DNA of 64,000 nt from assembly GCA_016699515.1 (NCBI GenBank), contig CP064978.1, positions 682,554 through 746,553 of the forward strand, in the 5' to 3' direction. The notes beneath the pieces were generated by a model that saw only the letters and a program-made list of their open reading frames with translations, had not been told where the DNA came from and made no database searches. Source of the stretch: Candidatus Peregrinibacteria bacterium. GTDB lineage: Bacteria; Patescibacteriota; Gracilibacteria; UM-FILTER-43-11. A program made the position numbers and the translations under genes. Of this stretch, positions 11,458-22,824 are shown in pieces (the stretch's first letter is position 1; each line of letters starts with the position of its first letter).

Positions 11458-11557
11458 CGCATGTTGAACACAAAAAACTCACCTTCTTTTTTGCAGTGTA
11501 CACAGCGAGGAGGAAAAAGGAGGTCGAGCAGAAACGTTTGGATTGTTTTGAGTAGGT

Positions 11558-12190
11558 TCATAGGTCAATGGGGTCGGTTAAATCAATGAATCGCGCGTTT
11601 ATGTGTATGTAGGGCCAATCATCTTTATAATTCGCCGCATGCGGATTTTTGAGAATGTAGGCGATGTGATTTTTTAAGTCGTTTTCGCCGCGAATTAGAT
11701 GATCATGATACGATTTTTGCCAACGGAATTGGGGAATGTCGATGGTTTTTCGTTTGGTTTTTTGGGAGAATTTGAATTTGAGATCATCGACGATTATTTG
11801 GTGATTATTAATGTATTTTTGTAACGATTGATCACGCCCTCCAAGTAGGCGCGCAAACGTTTGCGCGCCTACTTTCGTGTAATACGTTTCGTTTTCTCCG
11901 ATGATCCGATTCACATCATGTGAAAATTGTTTTTTTAATGAAAACATCACCCTCGATATGTTCGATCCAACCGTCGGTTGAATCAACAAATGAAGGTGAT
12001 CGTGCATAATGACCCATGCAAACAATTGAAACCCGTGAATGGCTTTGCTCAATCGAATTTGTTCGATCATTAATTCACAAAAAACCCTCTCCTTAAAAAA
12101 TGGAAAGCGCCCATGTGTAACCACGGTAACAAAATACATTCCTTTTGGATCGTAAATCCGTTTTTGAGAATTGCGGTGATAAGAAAACAT
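11558..12190 (-). CDS. IS200/RAYT-like HUH (Y1) transposase
   Basis: The HUH motif is MHDHLHLLI, and the catalytic Tyr region is WQKSYHDHLIR. At 210 aa it is solitary; no IS ends were identified. Confidence 0.75.
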   Translation of the reverse strand: MFSYHRNSQKRIYDPKGMYFVTVVTHGRFPFFKERVFCELMIEQIRLSKAIHGFQLFAWVIMHDHLHLLIQPTVGSNISRVMFSLKKQFSHDVNRIIGENETYYTKVGAQTFARLLGGRDQSLQKYINNHQIIVDDLKFKFSQKTKRKTIDIPQFRWQKSYHDHLIRGENDLKNHIAYILKNPHAANYKDDWPYIHINARFIDLTDPIDL

Positions 12191-12233
12191 AAAACAACAA
12201 CCAATTAATAAAGGTTGTCGTTAGGCAGCGATG

Positions 12234-12458
12234 CTAATTTAGACCCCACGGGTTTAATGCCTGGTCCATTTTGATTTGTAGGGCTTCAATTTTGCCCCGA
12301 AGTTCTTCGATTCTTGGATTACCAGGTGTCTCTATCTTCAATGCTCTTATTTCTCTTGTCATTTCTGCAATCAATCGGGAGGTATCAACAACCAATTGGT
12401 CGTGCGGGGCGGATGTAGGACCGGCGGATGTTTCTGGTGGGACGTCGAGGCGTCTCAT
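12234..12458 (-). CDS. hypothetical small coiled-coil protein
   Basis: 74-aa ORF. It is followed on its strand by a hairpin (12193-12222) plus a T-rich tract. Confidence 0.4.
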   Translation of the reverse strand: MRRLDVPPETSAGPTSAPHDQLVVDTSRLIAEMTREIRALKIETPGNPRIEELRGKIEALQIKMDQALNPWGLN

Positions 12459-12500
12459 TTTTTATTGGTTTAAATGATAAGTGGGCAGTTTACCACGCTT

Positions 12501-12815
12501 TTATTTTATTCCTCCTTGTTCTTCTAGGCTAGCCAAAAATTCTTGCCAGGCCTGAATTTCGGCTTTAAGAACAATCACTTCTTCGGAAGTTTCACCGTGG
12601 CATACTGTTTTTGCATCCAAAGCATTGCGCACATTAGCTAGATGACACTCAATCGCCTCACGAATATCGCTCACTTGACCTACGCTTACTTCGGCTTTAA
12701 ATCCTTTGATTAGATCGGGCATGCGCTTACGAAAGGCCTGAATTTCGCATTCCAGGCGAGCACGGCCATGTAGTTCTAAGTCTGAGTTCGCAAATACGAA
12801 GCGGGCAACTTCCAT
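12501..12815 (-). CDS. hypothetical protein
   Basis: 104-aa ORF with no recognisable motif. Confidence 0.4.
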   Translation of the reverse strand: MEVARFVFANSDLELHGRARLECEIQAFRKRMPDLIKGFKAEVSVGQVSDIREAIECHLANVRNALDAKTVCHGETSEEVIVLKAEIQAWQEFLASLEEQGGIK

Positions 12816-12911
12816 AATAATATTATGTAATATAATTTATATTTAGCAAATATTTGCATTTTAGGCAAGGCTTGTTGGATTGTGCTAAACTAGCGTGGCT
12901 CATTTTTCTTT

Positions 12912-14705
12912 ATGATTCGCGTTACCAATTTACAAAAATTCTTTGGGGATCAACTTTTGTTCAATGATGTCAATTTGACCATTGGCGAAGGCGAAAAAAT
13001 CGGCTTAATCGGCCGCAATGGCTCAGGCAAAAGCACGTTTTTAAAAATGCTCTTGGAACGTGACGACTCGAAAGGAGGTGAAATTGAGTGTCATCCGTCC
13101 GTTGTCATTCGCTCGCTTGAGCAAAATTTAGATTTTGGCGCCCCCACTGTTTTGGCACAAGTTTGTTCGGCGTTGCCTGCCGACTCGGTTCACGAAGAGT
13201 GGCGTGCCAAAGCAAGTTTGATGGGACTTGGATTTGAAGAATTTGATTTTGATCGCCCCCCTTTTGAATTTTCGAGCGGCTTTAAAATTCGTATTCGCTT
13301 GGCGGAAACTCTTGTTTCGGACAGTCATTTGCTGCTTTTGGATGAGCCAACCAATTATTTGGATATTGTGTCGCTGCGGTGGCTTGAACACTTTTAAAAG
13401 CTGGAAGGGCGCGTTTATTTTGGTGACGCATGATCGGACTTTTATGGAGCGTGTGGTGGATTTTACCGTGGCGATCCATCGCTGTAAGATGCGTAAAATG
13501 CGCGGTGGCCCTCAAAAATTGATGGACCAAATTGCCCAGGAAGAATCGGTGTGTGAAAAAACTCGCGTGAATCAAGAAAAAAAGCAAGAAAAGACGCTTG
13601 AGTTCATTCGTAATTTTCGCTCAGGCGCCGCTCGGCCGGGCCCGTTCAATCGCGAATTAAGTCGCTTGCTAAGCAGGAAGTGAAAGAAAAATTGGCGCAT
13701 TTGCCCGAAATCAAATTTCGCTTTCACAGCATTCCTTTTAAGGCTAACGTTTTGCTGCAAACACACAACCTAGGGTTTGGATACGATGATGACGATTTAT
13801 TGATTGATTCGTTTTCATTCAGTGCCGCTCCGGGAGACCGCATTGCCGTGATTGGGCGCAATGGTCGTGGAAAAAGCACCTTACTTAAGCTGCTCGTTGG
13901 CACCCTTCAGCCTACTTCCGGAAAAATTGTGCGCTATCCGGAACTCCAAATTGGCTATTTTGGTGCCGATAGTAAGGATGATCTAAACGAGCACCGCACC
14001 GTACTGGAAGAACTGGTAACCCTGCCCGGTATTAAAGAGCAGGAAGCGCGGAATGTGTGCGGATCGCTTTTGTTTACCGGCGACGCGGTAAAAAAGAAAA
14101 TTTCACAGCTTTCCGGAGGTGAAAAAAGCCGTGTGTGTTTAGGGAAAGTCATTTTGTTTTCCTCGCACATTTTGGTACTGGACGAACCCACCAACCACTT
14201 GGATATGGAGTCATGCCAAGCGCTGATTGATTCCCTCAACCGCTACACCGGAACCGTTATTTTGGTCACTCATGATGAAGATTTGATCACGCGCGTGGCG
14301 AATCGGTTAGTTGTATTTGACTCCGGGGAGGTTCGCTTAAAAAACTACAACTACGCTACCTTTTTAGAAAAAGACGGCTGGTCGGGTGAAGACAGCAGTG
14401 AATTTAAGTCGTTAAAGCCCGCCTCTGAAAATAAGCAGCAGTACCTTGATAAAAAGGAGCGCGTACAGCAACTCCGAGCTAATCAAAAACAACAGCGAAC
14501 CGTGGAAAAATCTATTGAAACGCTCACGCTTAAGCACCAATCGCTTGCCATTGATTTGCAGGCTGCCTGCGAGCAAAAACAGGTGGAATCCATCAAGGAG
14601 CTCGGCATGAAAAGCAAAGCAATGGCGGATGAAATTGACGCTTGTTACGAGCAACTGGAGCAGCTACTGGTCGAAGCGGAACGCCTGGCTGATGAGACAA
14701 CTTGA
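12912..14705 (+). CDS. ABC-F family ATPase (two ABC domains), broken into three frames
   Basis: NBD1 has GRNGSGKST, FSSGFKIR and LLLLDEPTNYLD. NBD2 has GRNGRGKST, LSGGEKSR and ILVLDEPTNHLD. A linker and a C-terminal coiled coil are present. The frame changes at about 13390-13397 (a T4A4 tract) and at about 13640-13650. Confidence 0.85.
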
Positions 14706-14709
14706 TGAC

Positions 14710-17700
14710 TTATTCGCCACTTCCCCAGTTTTGGAGCAAGTTGAATATGTCGCTTAAATCAAAACTTCCGTCTTCGTTTAAATCCACCAAATCCGGGTCT
14801 TGTTGAAACTGATTGGGGATCGCCAGAATGTCATTCAAATTAATACGTCCGTCATCGTCGATGTCACCAAATCGTAACTCCTCACTGGCAAGTGTTGCAA
14901 AATTAATATCCACTCGGTGAAAGTTCAATTTTACATTATTCACGGCCCTGCGCAGCATGTGTGGTTTATCGATCGTAATGTCATAGGTGCCTGCAGTGAA
15001 ATCCGGTACGGTTATGTAGGCTTCTCCAAATAGATTGGTTTCAATTGGAAACGTGTAAACCGGATTTGTGCGAGTGCCCGGAGTCCAAAATTGAATTGTG
15101 AATGAATCTTGATGTCCGGAAATCAGTTTGCCGGCATCGGAGGCTGTGAATAGATCTTTGATTGCCTGGTTGTTTTTTATTGCACTCAGCGTGCTAAAAT
15201 TTCTTAGATTAATGCCTTGTTGTGTGGCAATGGTCTTCAGTTGCTCAGTTAAGTAAGTTTGAGCTGCTTTGGCTTGGTCGTATTCCACAAGGATGTTTCT
15301 AACTTGGGTAGTTAAAAAATTACGCACTTGTGTATCAACCTGATCCCAGTTGATTTTTTCTTTGTCGCTTTGATAATAACCCCGATCGATTAGATCGCGG
15401 GTTGCCATCTGAGTTAATTTTTCCAAATTCTTTCGATAAAATTCAACCTTGAGCGAGTTTTGAGCAAAGCCCGGGTCCGCATAAAACAGTTCGTCGATGA
15501 TGGCACGAATTCTTTGCCGTAAGTGAGCGTCTCGCTGAAAGGCGCCCATCAATGGCTTTTGCTTAATTCGATCCGCCACGTCGGATAGAGTTAATCGTGT
15601 TAACTTACCAATGGGGTTGGTGTGGTTCTGAAAAAGGTCATTCATACGTTTCAACAACTCGCTGTCTCGAGCGGAATTTATTTTTAGATTCACCGTCACT
15701 TCCAGCAGCATTTTGGACCCATCCAGGTTTTTGTATTGTACCCAAACCGGGTCAGCGTAATACACGGGGCCTGCGTCACAATCATTTACGAATCGCACTG
15801 CATACCAATGAAACCGCCCAAACTCGGGGTCAGCAATTTGCCCACTCATGTAGCCAGTGGCATTGGCACTAATGCCGTAGCTCATCCGCTTAAATTTGTC
15901 GAAGGTAGAGGTGTTGTCATAGGCTCGGTACACTTCCAGCGTGGAGTTGCCCAATGTGTTTCCCGCCCCGTTGACCCAACCAACGGCAATGAAAAAGGCG
16001 TTGTTTCGTTCTACCAAACTTGCACTAACGCTTTGAATGCTATTTTGAACGGGGGTACAGCTATTTCCTGATCCTCCTCCGGATTCCAATACACACACAC
16101 TGGAACATCCGTCGCTTGATGCCGTATTCCCGTCGTCACAAGTTTCCGCGTACTCAATCAGCGAATTTCCACACGTGGCTGCGGTGGTAAAGGCCCAATT
16201 GGTGTTGTTGCCCGAGTCGTTAAAATTCGCTCCAATCGCTAGCATTGCGTAGGCGTTTAAGCTGTTTGAATCCTGAATGTCCAAGTAATCCAACTGGCGC
16301 GTTCCGGAAATATCCACAAAAAATTGGCTTGCCGGCGTTGTCGATCGAAGCGAAAGTAATTGACCGGCCGCCCCTGAGCGTGAGCGAATTGGTAACATAA
16401 ATGGTATTACCGGCACTAAAAGACAATGTTGCGGCGGCGTTTACCGTTTTTTGCAGTTGATAAAACGCAATCGATCCCTGCAAAACTTGATTCGCTCCGG
16501 TCAATTGCACCGTGCTGGTTCCGGCATTAAACGAACCGGTTCCGGCCACGGTTATATTCCGCCCTACCGAAAGGGTGTAACTGCCCGCATTGAAGCTTCC
16601 GTTGCTGATTGACAAATCATTGAGGACGGTGCTGTTTGCGGCCAGTGTGGTACTGCCCATTCCGCCCAATTGATTGACGGTAAGATTGTAAAATGGATTG
16701 CTTGGATTCGTAACATTCAATTGAGTGTCACCGGTATATGCCATGGTGACCGTACCGTTGTTGTGGGTAAAGGTTCCGCCGGTCACGGTTGCATTGGGTC
16801 CGGCCACCACCATTGAGGCGGACGGCGCCAGAAATGAACCCCCGGTCAGGCTGAACGCTTGATTGAATGTCACTTGTCCGGCTCCGGTGGCCGTTACCGT
16901 TCCGGCTGATTGATCATAAGTACCGTTGAACGTGAGTGAAGTGGTGGGGGCCGTGAACGATCCTCCTGTGATTTGCACATTTCCACCCAACACCACCGTT
17001 TCAGTTCCCCCATTGATGTTTCCGGTTCCACTTAGGCTTAGTGTCTGGCTGAATACCGCATTTGTCATACCAAAATCCAATGTTCCGGCTTGAACATCCA
17101 CTGCGCCATCGAACAAAATTGCATTGGCGTTGGTTCCTGCAAATGCAAGTGTACATCCCGCTGCATTTAATTGAATGCCTGGCATCGATTGATCGGCAGG
17201 AATCGCGGCGTTTCCGGTTCCTCCAGTAATTGTGAGTGATCCACTCCCCCTTGAAACCCATTGGTGATGTTCATATTCTGACATTGCTGCACAATAAGGG
17301 TTCCGGAGTCGAGCGAGCCTCCGGTGGCCGAAAGTTGGTTGGCAACGATCGGCGTTGCCCCCGTTATCGTAATCGAGCCTGGGTTTTGCTTGGCCAGCGT
17401 TAGGTTATTGAACAGATAGGCACTTGCAAAAATCAAATCGCTGTTGGTCAATCCATCCAGCGTCACTGTCCCCCCGTTGGGGTTATAAACTCCCGTTTGC
17501 GCGTCGATATTCCCTGAATAAGACGATGCCGTGGACGAGTCGGTGTAAGCTCCCCCCGCGATCTGTACATTTGCATTCACGTCAACCGAGGTTGCCGTGC
17601 CAAAGTCAATCGTCCCTGCGGTGAGTGATACAGCGCCATTGAGTACAACCGACCCAACCCCCGTGGTGATTGTTCCGCCGGAATTGGTCAGCGTACTGTC

Positions 17701-18572
17701 AAACTGGGCAAGCGTATCTGCCAGCTGCAAATTTCCTTGCTGAACCAAAACTGCTCCTTGAAATGTGGTGGTATTTACCAGTACTCCCGATAGAAGCACG
17801 GAACACCCACTGGCATTTAGTGTAAGGGCCGGCATCGTTTGGTCCGCCGGAATTACCCAACTTCCTGCGCCGCCCACTATGTTCAATGTGGCTGTCCCCC
17901 CTGTAAACCCATTGGTGACGGTTGCGTTTTGGCACGCATTTATGTTTAGTAAACCCCCATTTAGCTGTCCTCCCGATAGAGTAACCGTATCCACTACCGG
18001 AGACCCTCCCAGCAGGGTGAGTGCCGCGCCACCCGTTTTATTGAGCACCCAATTGGCAAAGGGAACCGCCGCTCCCAAGGTAAAATTAGCGTTAGAAGCT
18101 CCATCCAATTCCAGAGTTCCCCCTGCGTTACTAAAAGTCATGCCAGATAATGTAAAGTCTCCGGATACGAATAGGCTGCCCGTGGTTGAAGTGAACGATC
18201 CACCGGACCCATTTACATTTCCATTTACATCGATGGTTTGCGTTCCGCCCTGAAACGTACCAGCGGCCTGATTCCAGCCCGCTGTACCCACAGTTAGCGC
18301 TGCCTGCTGCGAAACTGTACCCGTATATCCTGCTGCAAATACTACTCCTTGTACTTCTCCGGAAAATCCAGCGTCTATATCAGCGTTTTTTGAACTCGTT
18401 CCATCAAACTGCACCACATCGCCTAATCCCGGCAATACATCTCCGGACCAGTTTTCTGGCGTACTCCAATTTCCGTCCACCCCTTCCCCATCCCACGTTA
18501 AAGTAGCCGCGTGAGCCCCTTGAGCAAAAGTAAACGCTAGGGCAAGCGCGAAAAGTGTTTTTTGTAGGTCAT
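14710..18572 (-). CDS. large secreted repeat protein (beta-helix-like G/T/N-rich repeats, Cys-rich CDDGN repeat, C-terminal dockerin-like EF-hand pair), broken into at least 4 frames
   Basis: The signal peptide is MTYKKHFSR-LALAFTFAQGAHA. Units of about 100 aa recur, reading ...CQN.TVTNGF.GG....I.GG.G...IPADQ.MP...LNA.GC.... The Cys-rich repeat is CGNSLIEYAETCDDGNTASSDGCSSVC. The tail is GDIDDDGRINLNDIL...DLNEDGSFDLSDIFNLL. Frame changes occur at about 18545, about 17250 (a C5 run) and about 16370 (a C4 run). Confidence 0.7.
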
Positions 18573-18771
18573 GGTTGTGTTTTATTTTTAAGATTTCTTG
18601 ATATTATAACATTTTTTTTACATTTGTTCAATTTAAAAATCTTTGTTGCGCATCTGTCAAAACTCTGCTACTGTACCGTTACCACCTTTATTCGTGTTTG
18701 ACTTAGGAGAATAAAAGCTCCACGGCTCGAACGGAACAATGTGTGAAACTTTTATTCTCTTATTTTTTACC

Positions 18772-19026
18772 ATGGCTATTAAGCTATTTGTGGGCAGCCT
18801 TGCTTGGGCTACCACGAACGAAGAACTTTCTGAGTTCTTCTCTCAATACGGAACCGTGACCGACGCTTTCGTTGTTCGTGACCGTGAAACCAAACGTTCA
18901 AAAGGTTTTGGTTTTGTGGAATTCGAAAATGATGACGAAGGTCATGCTGCTATTCAAGCCGCCAACGGCGCTAACTTGAATGGTCGCGAAATCGTTGTGA
19001 ACGAGGCTCTCCCCGCTCAAAACTAA
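18772..19026 (+). CDS. RRM-type (RNP-1/RNP-2) RNA-binding protein
   Basis: RNP-2 is KLFVGSL and RNP-1 is KGFGFVEF. The protein is 84 aa from the ATG at 18772. Confidence 0.85.
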   Translation: MAIKLFVGSLAWATTNEELSEFFSQYGTVTDAFVVRDRETKRSKGFGFVEFENDDEGHAAIQAANGANLNGREIVVNEALPAQN

Positions 19027-19047
19027 TTCTTTCTGCGGAATTCATTT

Positions 19048-19072
19048 AAACCCGCTTCGGCGGGTTTTTTTG
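19048..19072 (+). terminator. intrinsic terminator
   Basis: The hairpin AAACCCGC-TTCG-GCGGGTTT is followed by a T-run. Confidence 0.8.
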
Positions 19073-19136
19073 TTTGAACCACTGGCTCTGCTCCATCGCC
19101 TATGATACGATTGCCGTAATTATTTTATTTCGTGCT

Positions 19137-19786
19137 ATGTCTGACACCGAATCTGTTTCGTCTACCTCTGCCCATTCATGCTTGCTGTGGCTGATTGGCT
19201 TGAGTGGCTTTGGGATGGTTTTTCTATTCGCCGTTTATAGCTTACTCCCCGACAACAACACTCCCCCGATGACGATTCGGGCTATTATTACGAAGAAAAT
19301 GCTCCTGCCGACCGCTCATCTCAATCGAATGGGACAGAAATTTGCCAGCAGCAGTACGATGCGCAAGAACCGGATTCCAGTGTTTTTTATGTTCATCCTC
19401 GCTACGATTTAAGCCTCAAACTCCCTTTCAATTCCACATGGCACGTTGACATGCGGCCCGTTCCTTTAACCGACGATCAACCCGATGGATTCAATTTTGG
19501 CCCCCCAGTCGCTCGTGCCGATTGCACATGGACGCGCGAGTTTCATTTTCAGTTTTTGCCTGCATCCACGGTCGACCTTTCTACTTATCTTGAGCGCGAT
19601 GGAGTGGAAGTTGAACAGTTCGGCTGGTCGATGATTCGCTATCAATCTGAACCGAATTGCCCTACGCCCTCGTATTTAGTGCGTGATGTTGAAAACTACT
19701 ATCAGATCGAACCGATTTGTGATGCCTTGAGCGCATTACCTCCCTCTTCGCTTGATTCGGTTTTGGAAGAGATGAAACGCTTGTAA
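19137..19786 (+). CDS. hypothetical membrane-anchored protein, probably one gene split at a C5 run (19263-19267)
   Basis: The N-terminal TM segment is LLWLIGLSGFGMVFLFAVYSLL. After the C-run, the other frame reads DDDSGYYYEENAP... and continues without a stop into ORF 19451..19786. Confidence 0.45.
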
Positions 19787-19845
19787 CCTAAGCACGTGCG
19801 CCGATTTTTATTGTGAAGTAGTTTTGTTTTGTATTTTTTTCTTTT

Positions 19846-20576
19846 ATGAATCTTCTTTTCTTTTCATTTTTAGCGGGCGCTTTAACCATTTTGGCTCCGT
19901 GTGTCCTTCCGCTTCTTCCGATCATTGTAGGGGGAAGTGTGGGAGACAAAAAGTGGTCCACCCCACTTGTGATCACGGGTTCTTTGGTGATGTCCGTTAC
20001 ATTATTTACCCTACTTTAAAAGCGAGCACGCTTTTGATCGATATTCCGAGTGACGTTTGGAAGATTGCCTCCGGGGGAATTATTTTGGTGTTTGGTGTTT
20101 TTAGTTTGTTCCCTCACGCGTGGGAGTGGATCTCGATACGGTTGCACTTAGGCAGCGCCTCGCAGGGGCTTTTGCAAAAATCGGGCCAAACCACGTCACA
20201 TTGGCGTTCCATTGCGCTTGGAGCGGCGCTGGGGCCGGTTTTTAGTAGCTGCTCGCCCACGTATGCGATTATTTTGGCTTTGGTGCTCCCTTCGGGTCTT
20301 TTATTGGGGGTTGCTCATGTGCTTAGTTATGCGCTCGGACTTGGAGCGATGATGCTTTTGATTGCTCTACTTGGACAAGCGTTTGTTAAAAAATTGACCT
20401 GGCTGGCGGATCCGATGGGATGGTTTAAACGTGGGTTGGGCGTGCTTTTTATTTTAGTCGGTCTCACCGTTTTAACCGGTGCTGATAAGTGGATTGAGGC
20501 TAAACTGCTTGATTTGGGCTACGATGGCGTGACTCAATTTGAATTGGAGTTTTCCAAGCAGTTTAAATCGCTTTAA
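19846..20576 (+). CDS. ccdA: CcdA/DsbD-family cytochrome c biogenesis or thiol-disulfide transporter membrane protein, frameshifted near 20015-20022
   Basis: The N-part comes from own translation: MNLLFFSFLAGALTILAPCVLPLLPIIVGG. The second half-motif is GPVFSSCSPTY. The frames change in a T3A4 tract. Confidence 0.7.
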
Positions 20577-20646
20577 TTGAATTGATGAAAGAAAATTCTC
20601 GGTCTGTTTGTATTGCAAAGTAACCCCCTGTTCTTAAAACTGATTT

Positions 20647-21235
20647 ATGGGTCAAAAGGACACGAAAACTGACGCTGAGTTGGTGCGTGATGCGTTACAA
20701 AATCCGGAGGCGTTTTTGTATTTAATGCAGCGGTACGAAAAAAAAACTTTTGCGCTATATCCAAAGAATTTCAAGTGTTTCACTTGAATCAGCCGAAGAC
20801 ATTCTTCAAGAGGTTTTTATTAAGGTGTATCGGAATTTGAATGACTACGATCCTCAATTCAGCTTTTCTCCTTGGATCTATCGCATTGCTCACAACGAAA
20901 CCATTAATTCGTTCAAAAAGCTGAATAAACTTAAAACCATCCCCTTAGAAACCGACGAGAAGGACGCCGCTCAACTGATTCAAATGCTGCAAAGCGACGA
21001 CGATTTGCCGCAGGCGCTTGCCACCAAAGAGCATCAAGAGAAGGTTCAGTCTGCCCTGCAGCTGCTTACCCCCGCCTATCGCGATGTTTTGATTCTGCGC
21101 TACCTGGAAGACATGGATTATCAACAAATCAGTGACGTACTTCACAAGCCGATTGGCACGGTAGCTACTCTCATCAATCGAGCCAAATATCAATTTAAAG
21201 ACATTGCACTTAAACTTAACCTTAAACCGCTATGA
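20647..21235 (+). CDS. ECF-type RNA polymerase sigma factor, frameshifted in an A9 run (20738-20746)
   Basis: Region 2 reads FSFSPWIYRIAHNETIN, and the region 4 HTH reads LEDMDYQQISDVLHKPIGTVATLINRAK. The N-terminal 31 codons starting at ATG 20647 join the main ORF if the A9 run is A8. Confidence 0.8.
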
Positions 21236-21939
21236 AAACCCATTGTAGCCTTGAGGTGCTTAAAAAAATTAAGGACACTCAGCTCAAGCCCCGGCCGCGT
21301 TGGCAGTTTCTATTTTTACACTCCGCTTTGTGGGTGCTGTTTATTGTTACGATTTTAATCGGCAGCGTTTCCTTTAGTGTGATTTTACGCACCTTGGATC
21401 AAACCTACTACGCAACCCTATACCGCATTGGCCACCATTCTTTGCAAGCCTTTTTGTTGCTGATCCCTTATTTGTGGTTTGTATTGCTCGCTTTGATGCT
21501 TTTTTTGGCACGCGCACTTTTTTGTAAAACCAAAACCGGCTACCGGCATGGACCCCTGAAGATTATTTTGAGCTCTGTGTTTCTTTCGGCCGTAATGGGG
21601 CTAGGCCTTCATTCCATTGGAACCAGCCAGTTGGTGGAACAACAATTGAACGACCATGTGAAGCCCTACGCTCAATGGCAACAAATGAAAGATCGTGCCT
21701 TGGTGGACCCGAAAAATGGTTTATTGGTCGGAAGAATTGTTCAAATAACCCCCGAACAAAGCGTGATGGTGGTGGATTTTAGAAATATGACCTGGACCGT
21801 TCAGATCGACCACACGATGTATTTTGATTCATTTGTTCCAGCCATCAACGCCCACGCCATCATGTTGGGCGAAATGCTCGATGAACAACGGTTTCGTGCG
21901 GACCGCATGATGGAATGGAGAAAACATCCAAAAAAGTGA
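21232..21939 (+). CDS. membrane protein, possible anti-sigma partner
   Basis: An ATGA overlap couples it to the sigma gene. It has three or four hydrophobic segments. No family was recognised. Confidence 0.4.
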   Translation: MKTHCSLEVLKKIKDTQLKPRPRWQFLFLHSALWVLFIVTILIGSVSFSVILRTLDQTYYATLYRIGHHSLQAFLLLIPYLWFVLLALMLFLARALFCKTKTGYRHGPLKIILSSVFLSAVMGLGLHSIGTSQLVEQQLNDHVKPYAQWQQMKDRALVDPKNGLLVGRIVQITPEQSVMVVDFRNMTWTVQIDHTMYFDSFVPAINAHAIMLGEMLDEQRFRADRMMEWRKHPKK

Positions 21940-22015
21940 AAGAAACGTTCCAACACCTTTGTATTAAAGAACGAAAGATCTTTCACCTATAACCTTTACC
22001 ATTTAATCAAAAACT

Positions 22016-22465
22016 ATGAAACATTTCAATGCCATTGCCGGCGCCACATTGGTTGCCGCCATTGCCCTCACTCTTGGCATGAGTACTTACGCGCAGGAAT
22101 CTGCGGACGCCAGCGCTAATGCCACCGGTGAATACACCTTTAGACAAATGCACGAACACATTCTCGAAGATCGCCAAGCTCACTTTGAGGAAATGGAGGC
22201 CCACCGGGCCGAAGTGGACGCTGCGATAAAAGCCAATGATTATGAAGCTTGGAAACAGGCGGTAAGCACCGGGCCTATGGGCGCCCAGATGGCAGAAGCC
22301 ATCAGCGCCGACGAATTCCCTCGATTCGTAGAAGCTCACAAACTGATGCAATCGGCCCATGACCAAATGGAACAGGCCCACACCATCATGGAAGAGCTGG
22401 GAGCTCCTCAGTTTGGAAAAATGGGTGGACATGGACGTCGCGCCTTCCTAAATAAACAAAGCTAA
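22016..22465 (+). CDS. secreted helical His/Glu-rich protein (hypothetical)
   Basis: The signal peptide is MKHFNAIAGATLVAAIALTLGMSTYAQE. The mature part is helical and rich in His, Glu, Ala and Met. Confidence 0.45.
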   Translation: MKHFNAIAGATLVAAIALTLGMSTYAQESADASANATGEYTFRQMHEHILEDRQAHFEEMEAHRAEVDAAIKANDYEAWKQAVSTGPMGAQMAEAISADEFPRFVEAHKLMQSAHDQMEQAHTIMEELGAPQFGKMGGHGRRAFLNKQS

Positions 22466-22478
22466 ACCCTTTGACCTT

Positions 22479-22513
22479 CCCTCTCACTTGCATTCCAGGT
22501 GAGAGGGTTTTTT
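22479..22513 (+). terminator. intrinsic terminator
   Basis: CCCTCTCAC pairs with GTGAGAGGG, followed by TTTTTT. Confidence 0.8.
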
Positions 22514-22584
22514 ATTGCTCGTGGTTTGCCCTCGCCTTTTGATTGTGCTAGAATCCCCGTGAATTTTATTTTCTTTCTTTGCTT

Positions 22585-22803
22585 ATGAATAGCGCCTTAA
22601 TGATTTCTCAAGTTGTTCTTTCTGTTCTGCTCACCCTTATTATCATCAGCCAAAACCGAGACGGTGGCATGAGCGCTGTGATGGGAGGAGCCACCGAACG
22701 TTTTCAAGCTGTGCGACGCGGGCCCGAAAAAGTTATTTTCGTTCTTACGGTTGTGTTGGCGGCTTTGTTTATGCTGAACGCCGTATTGCTGGTTGTTTTG
22801 TAA
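22585..22803 (+). CDS. secG: preprotein translocase subunit SecG
   Basis: About 72 aa with two TM helices. The central motif ISQNRDGGMSAVMGG resembles the SecG loop. Confidence 0.7.
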   Translation: MNSALMISQVVLSVLLTLIIISQNRDGGMSAVMGGATERFQAVRRGPEKVIFVLTVVLAALFMLNAVLLVVL

Positions 22804-22824
22804 GCTTCGTTCACCCATTTTTTT

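Noticed and set aside
12234-12815. The two small adjacent minus-strand ORFs (74 and 104 aa) next to the RAYT gene, considered as a toxin-antitoxin pair.
   Set aside because: There are no recognisable toxin or antitoxin motifs. The genes are separated by 42 nt with no overlap. The only basis is size and adjacency.
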